A DNA stretch of 63,993 nt, filler included, from Gonapodya sp. JEL0774 (lineage: Eukaryota): the NCBI GenBank assembly GCA_027604505.1. It is 9 parts of 9 records of this genome, joined end to end, with 100 filler letters (N's around TTAATTAATTAA, not from the genome) between each part and the next. Parts side by side here need not be neighbours in the genome. Positions count along the whole stretch, not along the records: positions 7,250 to 14,367 come from JADIIX010000530.1; positions 14,468 to 21,569 come from JADIIX010000531.1; positions 21,670 to 28,770 come from JADIIX010000532.1; 6 more parts are not named here. One strand, 5' to 3'. How positions within the stretch are numbered: the first letter of the stretch is position 1; every line of letters starts with the position of its first letter. The position numbers and the translations under genes were made by a program. A model generated the notes under the pieces. That model was not told where the DNA came from and did no database searches. It was given only the letters and a program-made list of their open reading frames with translations. Of this stretch, positions 12,093-25,700 are shown piece by piece.

Positions 12093-12645
12093 GTCTTGTA
12101 CTCCTCTTCCCAAATGCCCATTTTACGACAATGGTCGAGATGGTCGAGTATTCAAGTAGTTTGGATTGGTGGATGTAGACGAAATAGTGGGACATAATCT
12201 GCATGTGAACAGATTAACAGCACAAAGTCAGACGTTAAGTTTTGTACGAAATTTCCATTATGTCATGTAACCTTCATTTTTAGCACGGCTCATGTCATTT
12301 ATACTGTAGCTGTGGGAACGATTGATTTGTGCCAACGACGGGAGGAATGCAGCACTGGAAGAGACAACCACTAGAGTTATGTACGCTGCAGAGAAGACGG
12401 TTACACCGAGAATGGCAGGACTAAAGCAGCCTGCACATTCGGAATAAGCTGAAGTGGGAGTCAGCCAATCCCTTCAGTCAGTTCTGCTTCTCTGCTTTTT
12501 CGTGATGCCCGCAATATTTATATATCAAGCTAGTACTACTCCAGACACTTTATAGCTAAAAATCCAACTGTACCCGCACCGGCATTCCTTGTAAGCAATC
12601 TCCGAAAGTCCCAAAGACTTGGGTTTTCACATGCTTGATCGGCTG
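12093..12645 (+). repeat. ~550-bp direct repeat, copy 2 (upstream region of SCP2 gene)
   Basis: Aligns with 7250-7791; ends ~95 bp before the SCP2 ATG. Confidence 0.9.
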
Positions 12646-12739
12646 CCCCCGAGGGTTCAGTTTTGCCAGCGAAGATCAATCAAAACCAAGAACCTTCAGA
12701 CCAACTTTCCCCAAACCCAAACCACAACCCACGAATTCC

Positions 12740-13982
12740 ATGTCATTCAAATCCGCACCCCTGTTCGCATCTATTTCGACTGCCTTTAGCGCACTACCCG
12801 AGTCCGAACGTGCTGGGCAGATCAAGAAGGTTCGATTGGATTGATCCCCTCTGTACCCCACACATCGGCGTCTCCTATCCTGACATACCGCACTCATTTC
12901 ACCACTTCACCATCATTTCGGACGAAAAGATTAATGCCAACTTCCTATTCAATGTCAAATCGGCAGCTGGAGCCGAGAAGAGTTGGTTCCTTGACATGAA
13001 GAAATCGGGCACTGTCGAGGAGGTGGCATCTGGAGCCTCACCGGCGACCAAACCCGACATCACCATCAGCATCGGTGACGATACATTTGTGGAGCTTGTG
13101 GATGTGAGAGGGTCTCTGTATATGCTCACTGGCGCAGGATGTAATCGCGGCATGTGATTCGGGTACTATTTCAGGGGAAGACGACCGCCCAGAAAGCTTT
13201 CATGACCGGCAAGGTCAAAGTCAAGGGCAATATGATGCTCGCCATGAAATTGGACTCGGTTCTCAAGGTGGCCAAGAATGCAGCTCCGGCAGCATCCCCT
13301 CCCCCTAAAGCTGCTGCTCCTTCGACTTCAGGATCTATTGAGGTTCCCGGTGAGCTCAGCAGCTCTCTACTTTTGGGTCTAACGGATTGGATTAAGAGAC
13401 CACTTCCGCTGCTTAATCAGGTTTTAAATCGTCGCAGGTCTTCATTCAGCTCAAGGCTGGTATCGACGCTCTGTCCGCCGCGGATCAGGAGAAGCAGGTG
13501 AAAAATGTGAAGAACGTTTTCAAATTCGATGTGAGTTTGGAGTCGTCAGTTGGGTTACAGCGTTGCCCTTGCCATAGGAGGTTGTCCCCATACAATCTCT
13601 TACCCAAAAACTTTCCTCGACAGGTAAAAAATTCGTCCGGACAAACTCAATCTTGGCTTCTTGACCTTAAATCTGGCCCTAAACCTGCTATTTCTACTTC
13701 GGGCGCGACAAAGCCGGACATTACCATTGCAATCGGTGACGCCGATTTTGTTGACTTGGCACTGGGTAAACTCAATGCCCAGAAAGCGTACATGAGTGGA
13801 AAGCTCAAAGTTAAGGGAAACCTAATGGCAGCGGTAAGTGCGGTTTGAATTATTTTCTCATGTGCCGGAGGTTGTTCATCCATCTTTCAAACTGAACCTG
13901 CGTTTACGTACGGTGCGCTTGCGTGGAGTAGACAAAGCTCGAGAGCGTACTCAAAGCAGCGAGGTCTTCCTCGAAGTTGTGA
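12740..13982 (+). CDS. Peroxisomal sterol carrier protein with two tandem SCP2 domains
   Basis: Two repeats of W.LDxKxG...KPDITIxIGDxxFVxLxxGK..AQKAxMxGKxKVKGNxMxA; spliced C-terminus ...AARSSSKL* (PTS1). Confidence 0.92.
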
Positions 13983-14367
13983 AATATACAATACGTCAGA
14001 GTGGGGGATATTGGTATGCAAGTCGTATTCAAGTGTGTTCGGCGGACGTAAAACTGATTACAATGTAATTGATTAGAATTGGAGAACCTATTGTCAGTTG
14101 ATGATTTAAAGTCGCCAACGAGCAACACCCGACGAAGGTGATGAACGGATCCCGATCACGAACACAAATCTTCACCCAGCCTGGGTGGAATTCTCAGGTT
14201 CGCACACTTTCGCCAATAAATCTGTAGGTAAACAAAGGAAATTGCCTTTGACCAACTTGCACTAACCGGTACTTATCTTCTTATAAGCTGGAGCTCAAAT
14301 TATTCCACCGTAACCACATCATCCTGTAGCGATGGATTCCAACACCCGCAACCAGTGGAAGTCCGCT

Positions 14368-14467
14368 NNNNNNNNNNNNNNNNNNNNNNNNNNNNNNNNN
14401 NNNNNNNNNNNTTAATTAATTAANNNNNNNNNNNNNNNNNNNNNNNNNNNNNNNNNNNNNNNNNNNN
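14368..14467. other. Artificial contig spacer
   Basis: N44-TTAATTAATTAA-N44. Confidence 0.98.
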
Positions 14468-15505
14468 GGGTCCTTGTCCTCGTGCAGAGTTATCTGCGGC
14501 GCCTCCGGTTTGTTTCGCGAGATTGTACGCGCAACGGACCGGAATAAAGACGCCATGACTCAGAAAGCCCAGGAGCACTCGACTTCTGACTCCCGTGGAC
14601 AACCAGTGCACCCGAGGTCTTAATCTACGATGGAGAGGAAAGGGGACGGCACCAATGCAGCAAATAGTCTACACGGGTGTGGTTTTCGATTCAAAATCTG
14701 CGATGGTATCAGCAGAGCGCAAAGATTGAGCTACGGCGTTCCGCTACCGCAACAGCACAACCGTCGCCAAGACGCTTCCGGCTCACCTGTTCAGCCGCGT
14801 TGTCCCTAGACTGACAAATGTCAACAGCTTCTGGATTTTATTCGGCCAAGCGTGCGTCTATTGCTTCAATGGGCACGAAAATGCCGTTTTGGGTTTGATT
14901 GAAGGGGCCCAGTCCACAAAACATCCTGTTGACCTGCATGTCCCTGAGATGACACTGGTTGCAAAAATGGATCCGAGGAATTCAAGGAAAAACTTATGGG
15001 AGAAAAGAGGATTAAATACTTATCTGCATAGTAAAACAGTCGCTTTCTGAGTTCCCGCTGCCCTCGGACGTTCGCCAACTTGACTTGTAGGATGCAAAAA
15101 AGGACAATCCAATAATCAAATATCAAAGAACGTTTCCACTGATTGTTGCAGTAATGGCGCCGCAGTGCGAGTTACACTATTGTGCCAATCCCTGATCTGT
15201 GATCTCTTCCAGCTACGCATGAAGCTCTGTGTAGTCATGCGCTTACTTGCAAACGGTTATTAATGTAAAAGCTTACCTCTGCAAAGTTCATGTGAGCCGC
15301 TCTGTGTGTGGAAGATCACCTCTGTTGGTTTACGGCTGATTGATGAAAGAAGTCAAGGCAACGCAAACACGATTTATTGATGTGTTTACAAAGTCCAAGA
15401 TTTGCTGTTCACTCGAATTTGAAGATGCAGGAAAGGCATAATTTAATCTTGGTCCAAAGGCTGCCCCTGTGTTCCCCAAGTCTACGTACACGCTTCAATA
15501 TAAGT

Positions 15506-17270
15506 TTAGGCTAAGACAAGGACGGCAACAGCGATGGCACCGAGAACTCCTGCAGCAGTTCCAACAACCGAGCGGGCAGCGTTACCGGGCTTGGCTGCGC
15601 CGGCAGTTCCTGCGCGACACCATGACCTCTAGATTAATTGATTCTCCAAACGCACAAATTATCTCCACGTACCAGTAGAGCTGGCAGCAGCAGTAGAGCT
15701 GGCAGTACGAGTCAAGCTGGCAGTACCCGCGGCTGGGGCTTTGGTAGTTCCGGAGGGAGAAGCTGGGGCCGAAGAAGCCGGGGCCGAGGGGTTGGACCCG
15801 AGCTGGGCGGCGATAGTGGGTGGAAGGAGGACCGCATCGATGACGTGGACGACACCGTTGGAGAGGACAACGCTTGTAAGAACGTTAGCTCTGCAGTGTG
15901 TGAGGGCGGGAAGATGCGTTTAGACTGACTTTCCACCCATGGCACTGCTGGAGAAAAATGGGGAGATACTCGCCCATTGATCTTGATTGAGTTCCCGTTG
16001 TTCGCAACGGTGACGCTCTCACCCTCGAGGGTCGTGTAGGATCCCGAAGAGGGCTGGTAGGCGGCCGCATCACCGATGACGTGGTACGTGAGAACGCTCT
16101 TGAGCACAGTGGTCAGTGTGGCGGAAGGGACCGCGTTGGCGACGGCAGCGAAAGCGGCGTCGGTGGGAGCAAAGCTGGGAGGAGACCCAAAGGATGTTAT
16201 GCAGAGAAACAGCGAACACAGGCGAAAAGAAACGTACATTGTGATGGGAGACACGGTGTTGACGGTTGTGGTGAGGTTTTGTGAGTCGAGAGCCTGAGCA
16301 AGCTGCTTGAACGAAAGGGTGGCGTCATTCAGCGCGTTGAGATTGGTGATGATTGTGGAGACGTTGGAGGGAGGAAGGAGAACACCATCGACTGTACGTC
16401 ATGATGTGATCAGTCATCAGTGTCGTGAGAAAAAACGTGCATATTTCCAATTCAAGATGCAAACTCACCGACGTGAATGACACCGTTGCTCGCGACACTA
16501 TTGACACATCGAAGTGCAAAATATTTAGACAAAATCTATCAGGCCGGGTAGTATCGAGCATCTCACGGACATGGTGTCAATGACGTTGACAGGGATAAGT
16601 CCAGAAACGGTCACGTTGGGGAGGTTGGCCTCGACTTTGATGACCTGACTCGGGACAGCAGCAATCGAATTGTTGCCAAGGAGGGTGGGAACGAAGGAGA
16701 GCTTGTTGGCCTGGAGGTATGCGGTGTCCACAAGGTTGGTGGATACGTGGTAGAGGAGGACTTGTGCGACAAATGGGATAGGCGCGCCACCGTTGCTAAA
16801 TCAAGATTCGATGAGTTTACTAATGCCTAAGAGCGGATCACGATATCACTCACAGAGCGATTGTTGCGGCGAAAGCGGCGTCTGTTGGGCTGATGGGAAA
16901 ATCGAGCTCGGTTGAAGGGACCGGGTTTCATCCGTAGATTTTTGGCGTTGGGGGATCGAACTTACGCAAAGAGGGTCACGCCCGTACCACCGCCCAAAAG
17001 TCCAGCTACCTTAGTATATATGTCCTTTCCCAGAGAACTCTGGGTGACCAAGGACTGGAGGGTGGTCAAGTTATAGGCCTTGCCGGCAGGCAGGGTGGCG
17101 GTCACTGTCCAGGTCAGAGGACAGAGAGGGAACTTGTGTGATGAGTGACGTCCTGTGACCCCACGAGGAGCGAGGTCAAACTCACAAGTTTGTGAAATGG
17201 TTCCTTGAGCAGAGGCGAACGCCACCAGAGGTGCGAAGAACGCCGCTTTCAGAATGTTGGAGATGCGCAT
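15506..17270 (-). CDS. Secreted/GPI-like protein with two fasciclin (FAS1) domains
   Basis: Signal peptide MRISNILKAAFFAPLVAFASA; two TxFAPTDAAF and (L/T)YHV motifs; NGVVHVIDAVLLP; Ser/Ala/Thr stalk; hydrophobic tail GVLGAIAVAVLVLA*. Confidence 0.92.
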
Positions 17271-18829
17271 CGCTGGTGCTCGCTAACGGTGATAGATGTT
17301 GCTCTGCTGCGATTGCCTGTCTTTTATATCAATTATTCTATTCGTGGAGGCGCCATTTTAGATTTGCTCTTCCTTCCTTTCATGTAAAACTGTTCTTCCT
17401 CGTAATGCTGCCGGTTGATCTGAGTAATTTCTGCGGTGCCTTGGCGTGGATCAAAAAATTCACATCCAATCTGACATTTGGCGTCGGCGTTCCTTTGTCA
17501 CTGTTCAAAATTTAATCCTCTTTCGTTTTCTGGCCATCAGAGATGTTTTTTTAATTAGGATGAAGGAGCAATCCGATGATTTGAATGGATGACGGCGATG
17601 GCATAGAGACTTGAAACCGTTTACCCGCCCCACCGGTTCGATTGCTGCGGCCCCATGGGGATGTTGACAGGGCTTGGCGGAACCGCCAACTCAAAGTTTC
17701 TTTGATGCATTCCCAATTGTAATACATCCGTCACCTCCAATGCCCCTAATACACTTTGGCTTACCAAATTGCTCTTCAGGCCCAGCGTGCTTCTTGACCC
17801 TAATACCTGTTCCCGAAAGCCGTTGGCTCAATCACCGCAACTACCCACGAAGGGCCGTAACCAACGGTGCGGACTCGCACCAGAGCTTCGCAGGGCTGGA
17901 ACAAGAAGAGAACTTTAGGGGGAGTAGGAGGGAAGGGTTGTGTATGGGATGATGTGAAGTGGATTGTGTGAATAGTGTGGAGCGCGTGTCCGGCCAGACG
18001 GGTCAGACACACGGAAAGCAACGCGACATGCAGACAAGGGGTACTGATAGGAGGTGAAAACACAGACAGAGTGAGTTGAATACCCGCGAGTAGATACTTT
18101 GAGAATTAGAGACAGTTGGGGTTTCTATGAAGCAACCGTGTCACGCCTAGGAGACTCTCTGACCAATAGAGATGTATCATGTGAAATACAGCATTGAAAT
18201 AGGCTACTAGAGTCCAGCTCTGCGTCTGCTCACCTGACCAATAGAGTTGACTCTTCTTGGGAGTCCGGTCAGGTGCGCATACTAATACTATCAGCGGGTA
18301 TACTCCATCAACCCTGCACTGCCCATGTTACCCTTTGGGGTGACAATCCGGCTGTTTCGACGAGTCAGATCATGCATCAAAACCCCAGAGATAGTACAAT
18401 CGTAACAGAGCAACTCACAAGCTCAAGGTGTTCATTACTCGCTCCACAACTCTCCCCGCAAGCATTCCCAACAAGACCTGCACTAGGGCATGTCAAGCAC
18501 ATTGATTCGCGAATGAACCGCGATTCCACCGAGCTCCAGGTAACTCGACCTGAAAGCTACCGGCAGTGTGGAGCTTATCGCAATTGTTCGTACATTCAAC
18601 TCATAACTATGACCCACTCGATCCACTCAGAATACAACTCTCTCTGCGATGTATTGCACATTCTAAAGAAAGACAAATTAATTCATGGATGTAATTCAAT
18701 GAAGAAGACCGACTAATGCTACAGCTCTCCTCATGCAAGGTTATCGTGATATCAAATGAATCACCAATCAGTGTAAACAGCGACCATCTCTCCCACTCAA
18801 GGCCCAATCATCGTGTGACAATGTCGCCT

Positions 18830-19991
18830 CTACAACAGCAGTACGAGACCGAGAACACCCAACAGTGCAACACCGACGGTGGCGATGATGTTCACGCCCC
18901 ACGTTCCGAGTAGACGGACTGGCAGGGACTGGCCACCTGGTGTCGGGATATCGTGGATGGTTCTCTTCATTGGGCGCCGTGGAGCAAGCTCGGAGGGTGG
19001 GAGTTTGGCCCGGACACGGCGGACGAAGTCTGACAACGAAAACATGCAAGAACATGGTACTCAGAATGAGCAGAGCGCGCGAACCTGAGTCCCACCAATA
19101 ATTTATAAACTCACCTTCAGGATCGTAATCTACTCCGATGGGATTATCAGAGAATTCGGGACTCGCCTAAGAAAAATCACGGCGAAGAGATTAACTTGTG
19201 AGTCTCAAACGACAGCGTCCTGTCACGATTGAACCACTCACCATGAATGCATTCGCCTCGTCGTTCTCTAGTAAGTCGACTTGGCACTCCACCTGATTAC
19301 CGTCGGGATCGGCGTAGTCTGGAAAAACGATCAAACTGTCAATGAGAAAAGACCCAGACGGAAGGTGACAACGAAAACGAAAATGGACGACTCACACATT
19401 GAAATCGTCATGCCATGATTGACACACCAATATGGCAGGATACCTTTGGCTTTTCTGGCCTCATAAGCGTCAGCGAGTTGTTCGAAGGTATCATAAGCTG
19501 GGAGAGAAGTGAAGTCAAGCGTGTTAGATGTGACGAGAACGAAACGTGCAGGTGAAGCAACAAGGACAGTTTCAACAACGCACCGAATGCAAAATGTGCA
19601 AGCCCTGTCTGGAGAGGAGCGGGTCGTTTGAAGACGGGAGGAACCTGAATAGAAGGTGGGCGATCGACGAAGTGTCAGCAGTAACGTTGAATTCTACCCC
19701 ACGATCCTCGTCGCACTCACCTGAGCGATAGCAATGCGGTGGTGCTCGGAGTCGTATGTCATGAAGGTGATACCATCGCTCCTGAATTGGACCCGCACTG
19801 TGGTTGCATGAGACGAATAAATTGATGATATTCGCAAATATTCCAGATGAACGCATCATCCGCTTAAACATACTTCCCAAAGCGTCTTCATACCACTTTT
19901 GAAGCCGATCTCGATTTGTCGACGTGAGAACCAAGTGGCAGAACCGAGTGGGTGCGACTAGGGACTGTTTGTCCGATGTTTTGGTGACCAT
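18830..19991 (-). CDS. VOC/glyoxalase-family protein (biphenyl-2,3-diol 1,2-dioxygenase III-like) with C-terminal TM anchor
   Basis: Spliced motifs PTRFCHLVL, WYEDALG, FMTYDSEHHRIAI, HFAF, GILPYWCVNHGMTISMYYADPDGNQVECQVD, FSDNPIGVDYDPE; tail VNIIATVGVALLGVLGLVLLL*. Confidence 0.88.
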
Positions 19992-21212
19992 TGAGTATGC
20001 GGTGGAGATTGGAGACTGGAGGAGAGCGAGAAACGAAAACTGATGCTTTTCACAAAGGAAAGGTTGCCTTTATATCGAAGTTATCTAACCGAGCCACTTG
20101 GCGGTGCTGTAAACAAATCGGCAAGCTTGGTTGGTTCTTGCAACAGGCAGAATCACTTTTAACCGCCTCGGGTGCTTGCACTGTTCCCAGTTCCAAGCAA
20201 AACCTTTCAAACGTTTCGTTGTTCAACAAACAGCTGCAACAAGACGTGGAGCCACCAACGTTTCTCTGAATTGTTTCTGGATGAGCAGTTGAAAAAGAAT
20301 TCGGTGACTGTGAGACAGCGGTGCAATTCACCATAAAGTCCGATCATGGCGAATCACACTTTGGAGGAAGAGGCGATTCCTTAGGATATACCAATCACAG
20401 CAGAATGAATACTCTTGCACGTTCTGGGATCTTTGTCCGGGCTTTCTGAATGGAAACGATCCTGTTCAACATCCCTGCGGGATGATCACCGGATTCCGGT
20501 CCCATACAAGCACGGGATCCACGACGCACAAGTTTGCCCACTGATTTTCATGGTGGACTGCCGACATCTGAAACCGGATGCGTCGGGTTGTGATGGGTTT
20601 GTTTCGATCTCAGCCCAACGCATCCGGTTCCAGTTGTCCGCATTCCACGGACCTATTCGAGTCCATACAGCTCGCGAAAGTCTCGTACATCACGTTGGCG
20701 GTGAACAGGGGTGGGACGGGGACACCTTGGAAGGCTGGGAAACACGTGAGTGACCGAACTGAGACGAGGAGCCCCGGAACTATGTGACCCAACAGAGATA
20801 ACGGCTTACGGAGCGATCCTGGCGGCCATAAGGACGCCTTCCAAACAAGGTTTCTCCTCCATTGTTTCTCTCCAACCCCGCATACTTCCCCATCTGGTCC
20901 CCTAACCACTCAGTTGCATCAACCCACACCACTGCTCCACTCCATACTAGCTATGCACCGCACCATTCGACACAGTACCACATGGAATGAAATGAGGACA
21001 CAGCACACACTTTGTGGGAAACCCAACTGTCATTTCTCAGGCGGCAAAGTCGATTCCAGTATTTTACCCAAAGTACTCTGTGTTTCTTGTTCTTTGGTGT
21101 CCCCTGGTGGGTACGTCAGAGCGGATCTGGGAAAAGACAATTATTTTATACAGAGACCAAGAACCTGCATATAAAATAGAATTTGGCATCCCACACGGCA
21201 ACACCCCTCTCT

Positions 21213-21569
21213 TCACCACACCCCACCCCCGCCCCCGCCGCCCCGCCCGTCCATACTCCGCCACTCCCTTTCCCTCTCCACCTCCTCCACCCTCAGTCTC
21301 TCCTCCTCACCCGACCCCGCACGTGACCCCGCACCCCCGCCCACCATCTCGTACGCATACCCCGCCGCATCCGCCCGGCTGGCCAAGAATGCCTTCCACG
21401 CACCACCAACACCGCCGCTACTGAATGCGCTTCCCGTCCCGCTCCCGCTCCCGCCACCCACACCACCAAAGACCGGCCCACCAGAGTACCACCGCACACC
21501 GGCGGCCAGGGTGGCCACCAGGAGCACCAGCACGGCGGAGAGGTAGAGGGGGCCGAGGGCTGAGCGGGG
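21213..21569 (-). CDS. Partial 3' end of a membrane protein (Gly-rich tail)
   Basis: Hydrophobic VLVLLVATLAAGV followed by a Gly/Glu-rich tail; frame open to the contig edge. Confidence 0.3.
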   Translation of the reverse strand, partial: PRSALGPLYLSAVLVLLVATLAAGVRWYSGGPVFGGVGGGSGSGTGSAFSSGGVGGAWKAFLASRADAAGYAYEMVGGGAGSRAGSGEEERLRVEEVEREREWRSMDGRGGGGGGGVW

Positions 21570-21669
21570 NNNNNNNNNNNNNNNNNNNNNNNNNNNNNNN
21601 NNNNNNNNNNNNNTTAATTAATTAANNNNNNNNNNNNNNNNNNNNNNNNNNNNNNNNNNNNNNNNNNNN
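21570..21669. other. Artificial contig spacer
   Basis: N44-TTAATTAATTAA-N44. Confidence 0.98.
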
Positions 21670-22373
21670 CGCTTTATCTGCAAGGACGAATGTTCCACTG
21701 TGGTCTAGTAGAAGTCGGACTACATCCACGAGCCCATGCTCCACAGGCAATATAGACGCGCTTGAGCATGGGGAATGGAGAGCTCAACATGTGCGAAATG
21801 AGGGAGCCGGTGCCGCATCACCTCCACCCGGCCGTCCGTATCTCAACCACAAGCGCAATAACGTCTCGATACTATCCCGCAATTGCTTGTCGCTCTCAAA
21901 CAGCACCTTCACAACTTCAACTTGCCCTTCACTACATGCGCGAGTCAGCGCGCCTGGCGAATGGCTGACGGTCGTCCCGAGCGAGTAGAATGCGAACAAC
22001 TTCCAGATTTCCAGCAAGTGCTGCAGCGCTTATCGGGGAAGTAGTATGCAAACCGTGAAACTCCGTCATACTGCGGTTTTTGCCTAATCAGCTTCTCGTT
22101 CACCTCGAACTCCGCATCAATCAAGGCCAGCCGGGTGCAGATCGCATCGACGACCAGGTGCTGGTACACCTCAATTCTGGAACATTCGCTACAAAGTGCT
22201 TCTATGCCGGAATAATAGTTGGCGATGGCACGGATAGCGATATTGTCCGGTTTTCTGAAGATCGCGAGCACAGTTCGGTTCAAAGCTCCGCTGGGGAAGC
22301 CCAGACGGCGAGGAAGAAACTCCCCGATGAGGAGAGGAATTTCAGCGGGCAGGTCAGTGAGTTTGGCCTTCAT
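21670..22373 (-). pseudogene. F-box-like/ankyrin-repeat protein, frameshifted
   Basis: N-terminal LTDLPAEIPLLIGEFL; ankyrin units AALAGNLEVVRILL and ALTRACSEGQVEVVKVLF sit in different frames with no intron signals between them. Confidence 0.7.
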
Positions 22374-22750
22374 GCTATCTTCTGGTTAGCGATCCGACAA
22401 AGATTGGCTCGTTTGTGGTACGTAATAATAGTACACTGGAGTTGTGGATCTTCCAGAGTCCGGCCAAGGAGAAACGAGGAGAACGAACGACAGAAGTTCC
22501 GGGAACCGCAGGCGAAACAGAAGGGAGGGCAAAGAGTGTAGATTTTCTATGCGGGGAGTTTGCTGGCTTCGACCGGCTGGCGTTTGTCCTACGTTCGAGC
22601 AATCCATCCGATCCTCCAAAACGTGATTGGATTTTGCAGCAAGAAATAAATTGCATTTGCGATTGGTTTCGTACCGTGATCCGACGTTCCGTAATACAAA
22701 AATGATCGAAAGTTGTGCCATCCATCAATCTGTCGTTAGTCAATCGTGCT

Positions 22751-25700
22751 CTACTCCCTCCCCCGCACCACCCCGGCTCCCTTCACCCCGTAAACTCCAA
22801 CGTGTCCCTCTGTATTCCCCACCAGTATCCAGTTCCCCTGTCTGCTCACACACACCGCCGTGGCGGCCGCTGGAGACGTGTTCGAGGATATCTCAAGCGT
22901 GGGAACAAGGTTACTGGGACGGCGGAGGAGATCGATACTGTTTTGCGGTTGTATGTGTGGGTGGAGAAAAGGGGTAAGTGAACGTTACTTAATAAGCACC
23001 CGCGACTGATCAAAGTGCAGCGGGCTCCAACTCACATCTCCACGCCACCCTCACCACCCGACCCGACCACCACATCCCCCTCCCCATCAAACGCCACGCA
23101 TGCATTGCCCTGTCCTCGTCCACCCACTTTCCTAGTCCCGTTCCCGTTCACCGCCCACGCCCACTCCCCGACCACCGTGCCTGCCCCCACGTCCCACACT
23201 TTCCCACCTAACCTCCCCGCCACCGCGACCCTCTTACCATCCCAGCTCCACACCGCAGCCAGATCTCCATCGCTCACCTCCCTCCCGCCCGCACTCGCAT
23301 CCACTTTCAAGGTCCTCACCACGATGGGCACCCTCGGGTCGTACACCTGCACCACCCCCGTCCCCGAGCTCGTCGTGGTGAGAAGCAAGGTCGAGGACGG
23401 GTGGAATGCACACGAGGTGATGGGGTGGGTGGCGGGTGAGAGAGCGATGTGGAGGGCCGAGCTGGGAAAACGTGGCGGGATGAGCTAGGCTCGCACGTCA
23501 TCCCCCACCCTGGCCCCAACAAACCTTCCCACATCCCACACCCTGACCACCCCATCCATCCCCCCACTCGCCATCATCTCCCCCGCTGCATGCCACGCAA
23601 CACACGTTGCCGCACCCGCACCACCAGTTCCTGCCGCAGGTCTGTGTCGCAGTGTGGCCAGCACAGGGTCCGAATCAGTAGACGCACTGAGGTTCCAGAT
23701 CTTGACAGCGCCCGAGCGGTGGGATGTGGCGAGGTAGGGGGTGCTGCGGTGTGTGTGGGGTAGGTGTTAGGATCGCACTCGAATCCTCTGGACCATGTAA
23801 ATACACGCTGTCAACTCACCCCCCTCCGACCGCAACCCCCGTCACACCCTCCCCCCTTCCCCCCTCCACCGCCCTCGCCATCTCGCACCCGTATCCGTCT
23901 CGGTCCTGGGCCTGGTTCTCCCTCACACCCCACACCGTCCACCCATCTCCCTCGCCGTGTCCATCCCAGCTCGCGCCCCACGTCGCCACCATGTCGGTCC
24001 TAGGATGGTACACCATACCTCCCACCGGGCCTGCACAGGCGTTCACACTCGCGCACTCCGCGAACGTCGTGGTCCCGGTGGAGGCGGTCGGGATGGACCG
24101 GAGCGGCCTGGTGTACACCAGGGGCACGTCGGTCGCAGGAAACGTGGCGCGGGGGCGGGGCAGGGTGGGCGGGGTTGTAGAAGTGGTGGTGGGTGTGGGC
24201 TTGGATGAGTTGGGGTCTTTGTCCTTGTCCTTCGCGGAGGAGGGTTTCGGCTGCGGGACTGTGGACGAACCTGCCCAACCGTGATAAGCAGGGGTAGAAG
24301 TTAAGGAGTAGTGTTTGCGAAAGTCGACGTCCGCGCTCCAAAAAAACATGTGCCGATTTCGGAGCCTCACCTTTACCCTTTGCCGCCTGCCCAGCAGCCT
24401 TCTTTGCCCCTTCCTTCCCCTGCCCTGTTGGCAGCCCACCCGCCATACCGGCCGTGCCCTTCCCCTGCCCACTCTGGCCACTCCCGGCCCCCACACCCGC
24501 CCTCTCCAACATTCCCCTCACCCTATCCCTCTCGGCCCCCACCACGGCAACCTCCCTGGTCCTCTCCTCGCACTTTCTCTTCCACATATCACTTTCCCTC
24601 TTGCATTCCTCGAGTGCTCTTGTGGTCGCTGTGAGTTTCGAGGCGACGAGGGATTTCTCTTGGAGAACGCGACGGTGGTGCATGCGGTGGTGGTGCCGCG
24701 AGTGGCGGAGGCGGGAAAAGGTGGCGAGGGCGCGGCTGAGGAAGGGGGAAGAACGTGAGTGTACACATTCTTCGATCTGAAGAAGTCATTGAAAGTGTTT
24801 CTTCACGAAGCACCGATCACATGACCGATTGTCATTCTCCCCAAACCAACTCCTCCTTCCTTTCCACGCACGACCACCGAGAAGAACCCCAGCCTACCCA
24901 CTCGGCCACCTCCCCCCTCTCTCTGGCTCTTTCCCTCCACCTCTCTAGCTCCTCTCTGAGCCGTTCCAGCTGGATGTATACGGAAGGGACGACCTCGGTG
25001 TCGAGGGGGGTCAGGCTGGGTCCTGTGGGACCGTCTGTGGACGCTGCAGGGTTGGTGGAGGTGGGGAGGTGGTGGAGATCGTACCATTCTGTCTGTGGTG
25101 GTGGCGGGTCGATTGTATTGGGACCCTGCAGCAACCAACGACATAACCACACAACCACACACCACCAACCCTCACCTGAAACATATTCAACGTCTTCTTC
25201 ATGCCCCTTCTGGCCAAAAAGTTGCGCACATAGTCGTCCACCACTTCGGGGACGCGGGTAAGGGTGTAGGGGGTGTCGGCAGGCTGGGTGGTGGTGGTAT
25301 GGGGTGCAGGGAGGGCTGGTCGGGGGTGGGTGCGGATAGGTGGTGTAGAGCGACGAGGAGTTAGGTGATATACCAAAGGAAGTGGATTCTAACCCGCACC
25401 ACCCGTGCGCAACTTCAGAGTACCGTTACTCACCCCCGACCACGCTCTTCTCGTTCAAGTTCCTCAGCACGGCTTCGAGATCTTCGTCGTCGAGATCCTT
25501 ATCTTTCCCCGTGCTCGCCGCTCCGGTCGCATTCAAGCCGTCGTCGGCGTCCAGCGCGGGATCGTCCAAGAAATCTTCGAGGGGGATTTCTTCGTAGGAT
25601 ATGGAGTCGTCGGAGTCGGAGTCGGACGGGATGAGGGTGTTTGTGGCGGGGAGCTCTAGAATAGTATGATAAGGGGATGTAGGTGATGTCGTGTGGCATG

